Shown here one piece after another: positions 30,752-41,100 of a stretch of 64,000 nucleotides of DNA (within the stretch, counting starts at the first letter, position 1; every line of letters starts with the position of its first letter). Below the pieces are notes generated by a model, which had not been told where the DNA came from, made no database searches, and worked only from the letters and a program-made list of their open reading frames with translations. Source of the DNA: a virus; IMG/VR virus record IMGVR_UViG_3300030331_006142, positions 1-64,000 of that record, one strand, 5' to 3'. A program made the translations under genes and the position numbers.

Positions 30752-30976
30752 TTAGTTTAAGTCTCTATTGTCAGTATATTCTTTTGCTTTGGAGACCCAT
30801 TTAAGCGTGCCATTTATATTTTTTTCTTTCGGGATTGGAATAAAAGGCAAAATTGCATGAATAAGAAAGAACATAGACCTAGAAAATAATCCGAAAAACA
30901 TTTTAAAAGCAAACCTGAAATGCGAAAAGTATGTTTCTTTATTGTTTCTAAGGTGTTTTGTCAAAAATTTCCACAT
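30752..30976 (-). CDS. Small conserved protein (HL...ETYFSH motif)
   Basis: 74 aa ORF. Confidence 0.65.
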   Translation of the reverse strand: MWKFLTKHLRNNKETYFSHFRFAFKMFFGLFSRSMFFLIHAILPFIPIPKEKNINGTLKWVSKAKEYTDNRDLN

Positions 30977-30978
30977 TT

Positions 30979-32508
30979 TTAAAAATCTAGTTTGTTTTTC
31001 CTTATGTGTGATTCCATTTGCTCTTGAAAATCCCTTATTGTTATATAGCCTTTTGTTCTATATTTTTTTTGCTTCGCATTGTTTTTAAATGCTCTGAAAC
31101 TTCTGCGCTTTTTCGAATCACTATACGGATGATTGGGAAACTGAGCATATACCTTTGCATCTCTTGCAAAAACTGGATAGTCTGGGTCTAATCTTCTGCC
31201 GATTGGATAGATAATAGAACAATATACTCGACCTAGCATAAACTCATCTTCAGGGTACCTTCCCTTAAATCTCATTTCAATATAAGCATCGACTAATTTA
31301 AGTTGTTCTGTTCTTGACATGCTTTTCAATTCTTTCTTCGTAAATGGCTTATTTCCCCTTCCCATTGCTTTACTTAAACCAACAATCGTCGCGTTTTTAT
31401 TGTTTAGTGGCCTTCCTTTCGCTTTTCGGGCCCGTCGAGCTTTTTTTGAGCCTTCCATTGTTTCAAACTGTATTAATCCGGTAAACCCCATGTGATTTTC
31501 AATCCTTGGAGACATTGTAAATGAAGTCTCGTGCCAAATTAAAGCTAGAAGTTGGGCTCGAGTCATTCGATGTTTTTTTGCGACTTTCTCAGCCTCAGAT
31601 AGAAATTCTTTGTCGTCTCTCCAGTAATTGAGTGACCTGCTAGAGAACCTTCCTGAGGCTCGGGCTGGCTTCTTTATTGAGAAGCCAGCTTTATCTAATC
31701 CTCTCAGTGCTTTAACTAGAGACCTTGAAGAAGCACATTTATCTATGTAGATGTCTGGTGCGATGACTCCATATCTAACCTCCCCTGACAAAGAGTTTTC
31801 TATAATGTGTCTAAACCCCTTGCTACCATGTGAATTAAAAATTCCTTTTATATCTGATTCTGCTACCAAGGTATTGTACTTTTTACTCACCAGTAAACAG
31901 GATGCGCCCCATGTCGCCGGGCCGCAATCTGCGTCAACTTTTAGGGAAAGTTTTTTTTGAAAGTTCTCAACTTCACCATCTGGAATCTCAATACCCTCTT
32001 TTGGGCTTGGTAACCCTGCTGCAACAATTGCTGCGCGTAGTACTAAATCCATTGAGTTTTGTATATCTTGGTCTGTTCCAAACTGTTCCATGACAGCTAA
32101 TAATTTTAAAGCACTACCCGATTTTAACCAACTGGGTGTATCCTCTCCATCATATATTCCTGAAAGTTTCGATGGAAGTGCTTCTTTTTTATTAGTTTGT
32201 TTTTTTGGCTTTTCTGGCTCCTCTGGAGGCTTTGGTTCCTCTGCGGGCTTTGGCATTTTTGCCAATTCCTTTTCTGAGTCTATATACATTTGGGCAATTT
32301 CACGCTCTTCTGCATCTAGCTGACTTTGGAGTTTTTTTAATTTTTCTAGTTTTTCTTCTGGAGTTAGATTTTCAACATCTGAGCCTAGCAGGTCTTCCAT
32401 TCCCTTGTTGTAAGTTTCCATATCTTTTGGTCTTACAAGTTTCTTAGACTCGTTGCAAGACAACTTCCATTTTTTCACTATCTTAACAAATTCTCTTAAA
32501 TTAATCAT
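30979..32508 (-). CDS. Peptidoglycan-binding plus lysozyme-like/lytic transglycosylase protein
   Basis: FQKKLSLKVDADCGPATW (PG-binding); LLALIWHETS...GFTGLIQF...MSRTEQLKLVDAY (lysozyme-like). Confidence 0.7.
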   Translation of the reverse strand: MINLREFVKIVKKWKLSCNESKKLVRPKDMETYNKGMEDLLGSDVENLTPEEKLEKLKKLQSQLDAEEREIAQMYIDSEKELAKMPKPAEEPKPPEEPEKPKKQTNKKEALPSKLSGIYDGEDTPSWLKSGSALKLLAVMEQFGTDQDIQNSMDLVLRAAIVAAGLPSPKEGIEIPDGEVENFQKKLSLKVDADCGPATWGASCLLVSKKYNTLVAESDIKGIFNSHGSKGFRHIIENSLSGEVRYGVIAPDIYIDKCASSRSLVKALRGLDKAGFSIKKPARASGRFSSRSLNYWRDDKEFLSEAEKVAKKHRMTRAQLLALIWHETSFTMSPRIENHMGFTGLIQFETMEGSKKARRARKAKGRPLNNKNATIVGLSKAMGRGNKPFTKKELKSMSRTEQLKLVDAYIEMRFKGRYPEDEFMLGRVYCSIIYPIGRRLDPDYPVFARDAKVYAQFPNHPYSDSKKRRSFRAFKNNAKQKKYRTKGYITIRDFQEQMESHIRKNKLDF

Positions 32509-32605
32509 ATTGTAATCCTGTTGTTATGTGCCTCCCATTTTATAAAGGCTTATTGTACGGCAGAAATCTATCCCATATTATGTTGCCCCTTAGAAATCTT
32601 ATTTA

Positions 32606-33520
32606 TTAAAGGGAGTCTCTAGTTTTAAGCACCTCTTCTCTACTTCCAGCTTTATAAAAGCCCGCGGGGGCTTTAGTTATCTCCTCAAAGCGTGGCACAT
32701 GTTGGCCTTTTGGTAAACCTGTCTTATTAATTATTATAATTTTATCTAAATGTACCTCTCCAATCATTGCAACTTCTGCGTAGTCTGATACTGCATCAAC
32801 ATGCTTAGTATCCTCAGCTATTTTGGTAATTTGTATTCCCGGATTAGAGCCTCCAGCTCTTGTTACATATAAAACCTCTATTTGACCTGCTCCTTGTCCC
32901 TTCGTCCCATGCTGAGCATAATATGAAGCTTCATTGAATTCTGTCGACCATGATGAGGTCTTTTTGGTGCCGCCGCGTGGGACAAACTTAGACGGCGGCT
33001 TAATTACATGAACTCCAGGACCTTTTTGAAGCAAAAAATCTATAGGCAACGAGGGAAACAATTCTTTAAGCTTTTTGGCCGAAACGTGCATTCCTCTGAA
33101 TACTTTCCCGCGAGCCTTATATTTAGGCATATGTTTTGTTATTAAAGCTGCTGACCGGGAACTCATCGGTATATTAGACCTTATGTGTCTTCTTAGTTCT
33201 ATAGCCAAAGTGTCCATTTGTTTATTAATCGATTTGAGACTAGATAGCGTCGCGCGAGCAAAATTAGCCTTGCCGGTAACTCTTCCAGCTTTGCTAGATT
33301 TAGACAGCCTTGCGGCCCTGTTAGCGTGCCTGGCTACAACCAAAGGGCCTCCGAAAAGCTCAAGGCCGCTGCTAGGTATGTTTGGGTCGGAATCAACAAG
33401 GCTAAGCCATATTTTTTTATACCACGGAGCTTTGCGCCAGCGTCGGCTTCTGGCTAAGGTCTCAGCGCTCAGGCTCTCAACTTGTAAAAATCTACGCCAA
33501 TTTTCCATTATAAGCTTCAT
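32606..33520 (-). CDS. Putative ADP-ribosyltransferase-like protein with MKLIMENW leader
   Basis: VFRG...SSWST...YAEV pattern resembling R-S-E ARTs; start moved to MKLIMENWRRFLQ. Confidence 0.5.
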   Translation of the reverse strand: MKLIMENWRRFLQVESLSAETLARSRRWRKAPWYKKIWLSLVDSDPNIPSSGLELFGGPLVVARHANRAARLSKSSKAGRVTGKANFARATLSSLKSINKQMDTLAIELRRHIRSNIPMSSRSAALITKHMPKYKARGKVFRGMHVSAKKLKELFPSLPIDFLLQKGPGVHVIKPPSKFVPRGGTKKTSSWSTEFNEASYYAQHGTKGQGAGQIEVLYVTRAGGSNPGIQITKIAEDTKHVDAVSDYAEVAMIGEVHLDKIIIINKTGLPKGQHVPRFEEITKAPAGFYKAGSREEVLKTRDSL

Positions 33521-33524
33521 AACC

Positions 33525-34073
33525 CTACATATTTCCTTGGTACATACCCAACCGGGCAGTTGTACTGGTGCGCCTTTTTCTCTTTGCGAGTCTGAGCTGC
33601 TTTCTCGCATCGAAAAATTTTCGATGACCCACATGGATTTTTTCTTTCGAGCGCACTTTTATTTTTCCGTCTTTAGAGTCATAAATAATTGAAAAAACAC
33701 CATCTGGGTCTTTATACATTACACTCGTTTTTAATTTCTTATCTCCCTTGCAATTACTATATTTAGAATTTTTCCCACTGTCATACGCGGTTGGCGAGCA
33801 GGGAACACATGTGCGCGTTATATTGCAGCGTTTTCCAGGTGGACACCACTTTTCATTATCAAACTCCCCTACTTGAGGGCCGCATTCTGGGGTTTTATAT
33901 CCTCTCGCTGCACAGGGCGATGCCTTTCCATATACTGGTTCTGTTTGTGTCATAACGCTGATTCCCGCTTTCTTGCAGGCATCTATTTGACCTTGGTCTA
34001 ACCTAGGGTCAAGCATAGGATGCTTTTCTTCTTCTTTTAAGAATTTTCTCCAGTTTTCCATTATAAGTTTCAT
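33525..34073 (-). CDS. Cys-rich protein with MKLIMENW leader
   Basis: 182 aa, begins MKLIMENWRKFLKEE. Confidence 0.7.
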   Translation of the reverse strand: MKLIMENWRKFLKEEEKHPMLDPRLDQGQIDACKKAGISVMTQTEPVYGKASPCAARGYKTPECGPQVGEFDNEKWCPPGKRCNITRTCVPCSPTAYDSGKNSKYSNCKGDKKLKTSVMYKDPDGVFSIIYDSKDGKIKVRSKEKIHVGHRKFFDARKQLRLAKRKRRTSTTARLGMYQGNM

Positions 34074-34327
34074 TTTTTAATAACACTTATTGCTCGTTTA
34101 ACTGTACTAATTAAATGTTTACGAGATATGCCAATCGGTTGTCCGGCACCTTTCGGGGTTAAAATATCTATAATATCATTAAATATTTTACTAGCATCGG
34201 CAGAATTAATCTTACCGGAGGCCTCTTTTTTTATTATTCTTATAAGTTCCGTGCCTACATTTTTACTTGAGATGTAATCTTGCTGTTCTGTTAAGAACGG
34301 CTTCCAATTTTCCATTATAAGTTTCAT
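34070..34327 (-). CDS. Small protein with MKLIMENW leader
   Basis: AAGGAG RBS then MKLIMENWKPFLTEQ. Confidence 0.7.
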   Translation of the reverse strand: MKLIMENWKPFLTEQQDYISSKNVGTELIRIIKKEASGKINSADASKIFNDIIDILTPKGAGQPIGISRKHLISTVKRAISVIKK

Positions 34328-34345
34328 TGTATAAATCTCCTTATA

Positions 34346-34392
34346 ATAAATAGCCTTTAAGATAAGAAAAGTTGAAAGGAATGTCGGACTGT
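34346..34392 (-). repeat. Degenerate copy D of tmRNA-3'-end/late-promoter element
   Basis: ...TTTCAACTTTTCTTATCTTAAAGGCTATTTAT; the 3' half matches the other copies. Confidence 0.65.
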
Positions 34393-35048
34393 TATTTTTG
34401 TCCAATAGAATTTAATAATTCTGAATCTAGGTTCATCCAGTTTAGGCTCGTTGAAGTAAAGAAGTTTTCTATTCTGTCTGGTTTAACAGCCCAGCTTGAA
34501 TCTGGATGCCAATCTTCAACAAGTGAACAAGGGGCAATTTTTAAATTTGCCACTATATACATTGAATTCTCATCTAATCCTACGCTAATGTTACCTGCCT
34601 TAAGGGCACGGCGAGACTCTGTGTGAAGAAAGACCTTGAAAGCATTTACGCCATAGGTTGCTACGATTTGGGTTATTTTGTCTTCTTTTTTTGGATTCTT
34701 TTTAATTAAGGCTTCATAGGATGCGAATCCGTTATCCAGAACTCCGGTAGTAGTAAGTCCATTGTTTTTTAAAAAATTAAATCTTATATCTTTTTTACTA
34801 CCACCAAATGAAACTGAATGGAGTACACTTTTAACATCATTGCTTACATGCGTCCCCTGATTGGGCGTTTTTACAAATGTGCAATTATATTTTTTTTGCA
34901 TTGCAATCGATGCAGACCTCACACTTTTTTTGCATGAATCTAAGAAATTCGAGGCGATGGCCATCGTCAACTGGACATCCTCAGGGTCTCTCTTAGTGAA
35001 CTCCACTTCGTTTACAAATTCTCGCCAGTTTTCCATTATAAGCTTCAT
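34392..35048 (-). CDS. Hypothetical protein with MKLIMENW leader
   Basis: 218 aa, begins MKLIMENWREFVNE. Confidence 0.7.
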   Translation of the reverse strand: MKLIMENWREFVNEVEFTKRDPEDVQLTMAIASNFLDSCKKSVRSASIAMQKKYNCTFVKTPNQGTHVSNDVKSVLHSVSFGGSKKDIRFNFLKNNGLTTTGVLDNGFASYEALIKKNPKKEDKITQIVATYGVNAFKVFLHTESRRALKAGNISVGLDENSMYIVANLKIAPCSLVEDWHPDSSWAVKPDRIENFFTSTSLNWMNLDSELLNSIGQK

Positions 35049-35052
35049 AATA

Positions 35053-35099
35053 TTAAATAGTCTTCAAAATAAAAAAAGTTGGTGGAGGTGGCGGGAGTA
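35053..35099 (-). repeat. Copy C of tmRNA-3'-end/late-promoter element
   Basis: TACTCCCGCCACCTCCACCAACTTTTTTTATTTTGAAGACTATTTAA, near-identical to 36460-36506. Confidence 0.9.
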
Positions 35100-35585
35100 T
35101 TATTCAAACTTGATTGTGCGTACCCAGGCGTCATCTTCAGGTTTGGCATAGAGCGTGGAACCAAAGGCGTCGAGGATTTCAGATTTTTTCAAAGCAGGCA
35201 AGACTATCGGTTGTTTAATTTCACTGAATGCCATAACAATATGTGGTATATATTCTCTTAACTTGTTTTTGACTCTTCCTAAGCGCGGGGAATAATGACC
35301 TCGACCTGTCGTATTTCCATGGTCGAATGTGGACTCTATGCGGCCGGCAGCTTCAACGAAAGCCAAAATCTTAAGCTGTACTTCTTCTCGCATATCGGCA
35401 ACCTGGTCTATTTGTCCCATTCTGGCATAACCATGGACATCGGCCAGGCCAGCTGCAACGCGTTCCAATTTTTTGACAGGGTCTGATTTATCGATGGTTG
35501 AATGTACTGCGCTGACCGCAGTTGATAAAGGAGATTCTTTTAATAGTTTTCTCCAGTTTTCCATTATAAGCTTCATTTCAGACAT
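35100..35585 (-). CDS. Hypothetical protein with MKLIMENW leader
   Basis: 161 aa, begins MSEMKLIMENWRKLLKES. Confidence 0.7.
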   Translation of the reverse strand: MSEMKLIMENWRKLLKESPLSTAVSAVHSTIDKSDPVKKLERVAAGLADVHGYARMGQIDQVADMREEVQLKILAFVEAAGRIESTFDHGNTTGRGHYSPRLGRVKNKLREYIPHIVMAFSEIKQPIVLPALKKSEILDAFGSTLYAKPEDDAWVRTIKFE

Positions 35586-35605
35586 AATAAAATTTCCTTA
35601 TAGTA

Positions 35606-35652
35606 ATAAGTAGTCTGCAAAATAAGAAAAGTTGGTGGGAGTGACGGAAGTC
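35606..35652 (-). repeat. Copy B of tmRNA-3'-end/late-promoter element
   Basis: GACTTCCGTCACTCCCACCAACTTTTCTTATTTTGCAGACTACTTAT, 41/47 identical to 36460-36506 by manual alignment. Confidence 0.9.
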
Positions 35653-36031
35653 AATTATTCTTCTTCTTGTAATCTTCAATAGCAGATTTTATGGCACCCT
35701 CTGCTAACACTGAGCAGTGAATTTTTACAGGGGGCAGTGCTAAGTGAGTTGCGATATCCTTATTTTTTATTTCTTTGGCTTCCTCAAGTGTTCTACCTTT
35801 TATCCATTCAGTTATCAAGGATGATGATGCTATGGCAGAACCACAGCCGTATGTTTTGAATTTTGCATCTTCAATTATACCATCATTATTTACTTTAATT
35901 TGAAGCTTCATAACATCCCCACAAGCTGGGGCCCCAACAATGCCTGTTCCTACCGAGTCGTCATTATTATCTAGAGACCCTACGTTTCTAGGGTTTTCAA
36001 AGTGGTCTATTACTTTTTTTGAATATGTCAT
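35651..36031 (-). CDS. iscU: Fe-S cluster scaffold IscU
   Basis: YSKKVIDHFENPRNVG, GAPACGDVM, KTYGCGSAIASSS and LPPVKIHCS motifs. Confidence 0.95.
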   Translation of the reverse strand: MTYSKKVIDHFENPRNVGSLDNNDDSVGTGIVGAPACGDVMKLQIKVNNDGIIEDAKFKTYGCGSAIASSSLITEWIKGRTLEEAKEIKNKDIATHLALPPVKIHCSVLAEGAIKSAIEDYKKKNN

Positions 36032-36456
36032 GATTTTTTTTCAAATTTATTTTTATCTTGCCATTTATGAGACTCTTTGTCAATTTTTATTGGGCCGCCT
36101 TTGGCCCAGGTGTGGCAAGAACGCGCGGAGTGGCATTTAAAATGATGCATCCAACAATATCCAAGTTGACCATCTTTATCAAAAGTATCTCCGGGTAGGC
36201 ACTCCTTCATTCTTGGTGATATATCAAAAGCTACACAATTGCCACAGTTAGACTTCTTAGCAGCTTTTTCACTAGTTTTCCAATACTTACCTATCTTTTT
36301 CCAATAATCTCCAGGTTCATCTACGTTTAACGGTCCATAGTTGTACTCTTTTATTGTTGCATCTCTGTTTTTGGTGTTGAGGGCAAGGTCTTTTGTGGCA
36401 GGAGGACATATATAATCTTTTATAGATTTAACTATTCTTATTATTATTCTGCGCAT
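36028..36456 (-). CDS. Cys-rich conserved phage protein (CGNC...GYC...C...C.TW), possibly metal/Fe-S binding
   Basis: Start MRRIIIRIV at 36456; the listed longer ORF runs into the tmRNA. Confidence 0.7.
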   Translation of the reverse strand: MRRIIIRIVKSIKDYICPPATKDLALNTKNRDATIKEYNYGPLNVDEPGDYWKKIGKYWKTSEKAAKKSNCGNCVAFDISPRMKECLPGDTFDKDGQLGYCWMHHFKCHSARSCHTWAKGGPIKIDKESHKWQDKNKFEKKS

Positions 36457-36486
36457 GTTATAAGTAGTCCTCAAAATAAGAAAAGT

Positions 36487-36797
<311 letters not shown>

Positions 36798-37277
36798 TTA
36801 GCCTAAACCTGGAAATTCAAGTTGTCCACTTTTCTTTCCACCTCTCGTACCATACCCACTTGGAATCTTTTTCTGGAGGGGGATACTGTCATCATCTTGC
36901 ATTACTGCTGATGTCATTTTATAATTATCTCTGCTCATAGATGACCGCTCATCATCAAAATCATCTCTGGCCATTTGATGGTCGTTCATCTCGGCCCAAT
37001 CTTTTACAGCCTCCATGAAGTTACCACCGGCCATAAACCTATCTTGTTCTTCTGGGTCTGTTATATTGTCCATCCACCCAGACCACTGTTCATGCCTTTC
37101 ATGTAGTTCTTTAAAAATTTGCCTAACTGACACTTGCTCTCCATCAACCGAAACTATAAGCTCGTCCGGAGATTGGTTATCGTCATGCCACTTATACCCG
37201 TCGACATTGACCATTCCTTCATTTAAAAAGTAACGAGGGTTTCTTCTTTTTTTGTTTTGTCTATAAAATTTTGGCAT
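36798..37277 (-). CDS. Hypothetical protein (RRNPRYFLNE N-terminus)
   Basis: 159 aa ORF with AAGGAG RBS. Confidence 0.7.
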   Translation of the reverse strand: MPKFYRQNKKRRNPRYFLNEGMVNVDGYKWHDDNQSPDELIVSVDGEQVSVRQIFKELHERHEQWSGWMDNITDPEEQDRFMAGGNFMEAVKDWAEMNDHQMARDDFDDERSSMSRDNYKMTSAVMQDDDSIPLQKKIPSGYGTRGGKKSGQLEFPGLG

Positions 37278-37289
37278 TTTTTTTTCTCC

Positions 37290-37385
37290 TTAACAACAGC
37301 CACTCTCACAAGAACAACAACCACAACAGCAGCAGCAATGCTTTGAGTCAAATAATGTAACTAATCTATGTAAAAACTTTTTCAT
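37290..37385 (-). CDS. 31-aa Cys-rich peptide (metallothionein-like)
   Basis: MKKFLHRLVTLFDSKHCCCCCGCCSCESGCC*; GGAGG RBS and late-promoter motif upstream; below the ORF-track size cutoff. Confidence 0.6.
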   Translation of the reverse strand: MKKFLHRLVTLFDSKHCCCCCGCCSCESGCC

Positions 37386-37424
37386 TGGCTTTTCCTCCGT
37401 TTTGCCATTTATATTAATTAGTCC

Positions 37425-37769
37425 CTATCTTCCATAATCATCTTCCAGTCTGACAACATCGTCTAGTTCTGGAGTGCTGACCTCGAAAAGAATCACATCA
37501 CCGTGAGGTGCACAGAAGCGATGAACAGTATTTGGAGCAATATGATATGATTGTCCAGAATTCAAGTTTAAGGTTGTTTTATATTCTTTTGCTCCAATTT
37601 CTAGCGCTAGAATTCCTGTTTGAACAAAAATTGTTTCTTCTTTCTTTTTATGAAATTGGCGAGATAGTTGATTTCCTTTTTTAATGTATAGTATTTTTCC
37701 TGCATACTTTTTAGTATTTGCCCATATCAATTCATGGCCCCATGGTTTTTCAACTTTTTTTATTTTCAT
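37425..37769 (-). CDS. Cupin (mannose-6-phosphate isomerase type II C-terminal-like)
   Basis: VEKPWG, SRQFHKKKEET, HRF and EVSTPELDDVVRLEDDYGR motifs. Confidence 0.85.
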   Translation of the reverse strand: MKIKKVEKPWGHELIWANTKKYAGKILYIKKGNQLSRQFHKKKEETIFVQTGILALEIGAKEYKTTLNLNSGQSYHIAPNTVHRFCAPHGDVILFEVSTPELDDVVRLEDDYGR

Positions 37770-38124
37770 TGTTTTCCTCTTTTATATTAATTTTGTACTT
37801 TTTCATCTGCCTGTTTAAATATGACTTATTTATTCCTAGCATGACGCATGCATCTCTTCTGTTTTTGCAGACAGAAATCGCATATCTTACAAATGCTTCT
37901 TTGCATATTTCATCTAAAAATTTGTATACAGGTATGCCTAACAATTTCCCTCTTAATGAATTAGACATAGTTTGCAGTTTAATATAAAGTAAATCTTCTA
38001 TTGTTAGTAACTTTACTTTATTTATAAATTCTTTATCTACTTTTTTTTGCTTTAAAAGATTATTTATATAATTAAAATCTTTTATATCTGAAGTGTATTT
38101 ATTTTTTCTAAAAAAGCTATTCAA
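37750..38124 (-). CDS. Fis-like helix-turn-helix protein
   Basis: C-terminal NRRDACVMLGINKSYLNRQMKKYKI. Confidence 0.6.
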   Translation of the reverse strand: MNSFFRKNKYTSDIKDFNYINNLLKQKKVDKEFINKVKLLTIEDLLYIKLQTMSNSLRGKLLGIPVYKFLDEICKEAFVRYAISVCKNRRDACVMLGINKSYLNRQMKKYKINIKEENNENKKS

Positions 38125-38188
38125 CTTTGCTACCTTTAACGGCCAAACCCAACCACCTCAACTAAAATAGCATATTTATTTTTTTTAA

Positions 38189-41100
38189 TCAAGTACTTTG
38201 TTCTGAACTTTCTGTACCCTGAGCTGCTTTTTCGTATTCATCATTGGTAGGTTCTTCAATGTTTTTAGCCATTTCTCTGTCCCATTTATCGTGGTAAAGC
38301 TTTAAATTTGCTATTAAATAATCATAAAACATTTCTTGGTCTTCTGCGTTGTCAAGCTCTCCATAATAATCAATAATAGACTTTTCTATAGAAGGATAGA
38401 CTCTTTCAGCTTTGTTTCTCCCGGTGGTATCTTCACCTGAAATGGATGTTAAACCTTCTTTCTCTTCTTTATCGTTGGTTGGCGTTTCTTTTTCTGAGCC
38501 GTCATTAGCATCAATAAATTTTTCTGCATCAACGCCCTCTATATCTACTCCAACTTCTTCTGAAAGTTGTGCAACTGCATCAGGTGAGCCAATAGAATCT
38601 GTGTCGTTTAGCTTAACGGGCGCTAGAGTATCTTGAACCCATTGTATCATATGTGCTCTAAAGGACTTTCTTTGGTCATCAGAGGTTGTTAGAGTCTTGT
38701 AAACCTGTCTAATTGTAGAAAGGACGTTTGTATTTTTAAGTAAGTCCTTAAGAGTATTGATGCCGGTATTATCATGAATATCTGTATTTGGGTCTTCTGC
38801 AGCGGCCTCTAATATTAGCTCTCTTAGTGATAATCGCAACATATGCTCTTGAATAACATAATCGATGATTTCATTATTTTCTTTTGCTTTTAAATCAAAA
38901 AACTCTTTAATACCGATTCTTAAAGTTTTTCTAAGTTTTCTTTCTTCTTTCATATCTTCATCCTTTTTATATATTTTTCCAAAAGGCCCAGCAAAACCAG
39001 CTAAATTTCCACCAGCATTTGAACTCATCTCTTCTAATTCATCCTGCTCTTCTGCTAAGAATGCATTTGAAATATTTTTTGGCCGGCCGTGCTTGAAGGC
39101 TCCGCCATGTTTTGTTAAATCTTTTCTACCCATATCTAAATAGGTCCTGTGAGCTTTCGCAAGCCTTTTTCTCATTCGTTTCTGAAATGCGCTCGAAGAG
39201 GGCTTTGCTTTTGGGGCATGCTGTGCTTTAAAACCCTCTTGTAGCATTTTCCTTAGCGAGTCTTCAATAATTTCTCGAAGGCCGCCAGCGTCAATTTCCG
39301 GTTCCTCAACTTGGTCTTCTTCTGGTTGGTTTTTATCTGCCGCATTTATTCCTAAGATTCCCATTACTGCGATGGCGTCTTCTGGGCGAGGAACAAAATC
39401 TTTTAACATTTGAAGACCTACTGGGTCACTAGCTGCAACATCAACTATAAACCTCATATCTGAAGCGTGGAAATCAGAAGAATCTACACTAGATTTTGTA
39501 GCTGACGGAATTCGAGAGTTTATATGAGGATGAGAAGATAATGTATTCATATATTCTTCACTATGCTTAGCTGATAAGTCACAAACATGGATTTTTATTT
39601 TTAAATCATTTCGGGCCTTGCTAATTATTGTTTGGTAACGAGACTGGTCGTCCTCTTTATCGCCGCAGCCCAATATTACAGTGCTGCCTTTCGGGGCAAC
39701 CAAATCATTACCCGGTTGCGGTTCCTTCATTACAAAATCATAAGTTACGCCAACAGGACTAGCAGCAGGAGATTGAATTATCTCGGTTTTTGAACCAGCT
39801 GGTGATTTATCTAGGAAAGCTCGCCATATTTGCTCAGCATGATTTGAATCAACAATTTTTCCTGAGAGCGGCAAAGTGCGGCCGCCTTTAGTTGGTTGAG
39901 AGATAATTATGATTACCTTATCGGCAATTTCGGCTAATTGTTCAACCATATTTAAGTGGCCTTTATGAGGAGGCTTGAATGCCCCAGGCACGACAGCTAC
40001 TCTAGAAGGCCCAGAATTGTCTTTTAACGCCTCTTCTTCTTCATCTTGAGCATCGATAGGACCAAAGCGCTGAAAGCGCTCCATACCTAAAATTTGATTG
40101 GTAGGAGCAAAGTTTCCAGTAAACTTATACGTCACTCCATTAAAATCGAACACAAAACCCTCTGATGGAGTATTAATGCCTCCAACATCTTTGAGTTTTA
40201 TCATTTGCTTTTCCAGTTCGGCTTGGGCTCTTTCATTGTTCCCATTTTTTATTCTAGATATTGTACTCTCTACCTCATCTTGAAGAAACTTAATTTGCTT
40301 TTCATTATCGTTTATAAAAGAAGAATCTATTGTGCCAACCATAGCAACAGAAAAGTCATGAAGAACTCTTTGTAAATCCAGAGTGTAACTAGCATAATTA
40401 AATGCCCTCACATAAGAAGAGACACTCTGCTTAATATTAGTGGGCATGCCCCGAGTTACATCATTGACACCAGGTACCTTACCAGATGCTGCAGGAATTC
40501 TCATAACTCTTTGTAATAACAATCTACTAGTTGCATCATCAAGATTAAATTGGTCTATTTCTGGTTTTACCTGTCCAATTACATAATCGTTTATTGTGTC
40601 CCCATCAGACACACCAATATCAGACATTAAATTACTGACTTTTTCCATTGTGCTTCGTAAAACAGATTTATCCTGGAGGGGTGGTAATTTTCTAACGGGG
40701 TTTGTCTCTACGGAAAAAATACTTGGGTCCTCTGTGGCAGAATCAACAAAGGCCCTATCAAGAAGTTCAAAATTCGCGGTAATATCTAAATCTGTCTTTT
40801 TGCCAGTTTGTTTATCAAACTGGGCATGCCCAACTCTGTGAATAAGCAAAGTTTTTTTATCATAGGGGATGACGTTTGTTGTACCCGCCCCGCGCGGGTC
40901 TCCCTCTTCGGTGTCCGGGTTTCCTGGATTCATAACCTCAGTATTAAAAAACACACTAGCATCGGGCCCAAATATTTTTTCTTGAGTATCAATATCTAGC
41001 TTTTTTACTTCTTCTTCAAAGGCTCCCAACGCCTCAACGAAACTATATCGCAGCGCTTGGCTTGGGTGATTCGCGAAGAAAGAATCCAATTCGTCAGCAT

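Noticed and set aside
35053-35652. Additional tRNA genes at the CCACCA-ending repeats
   Set aside because: Only about 20 nt of the 3' arm is present, with no D-arm, anticodon arm or 5' acceptor strand
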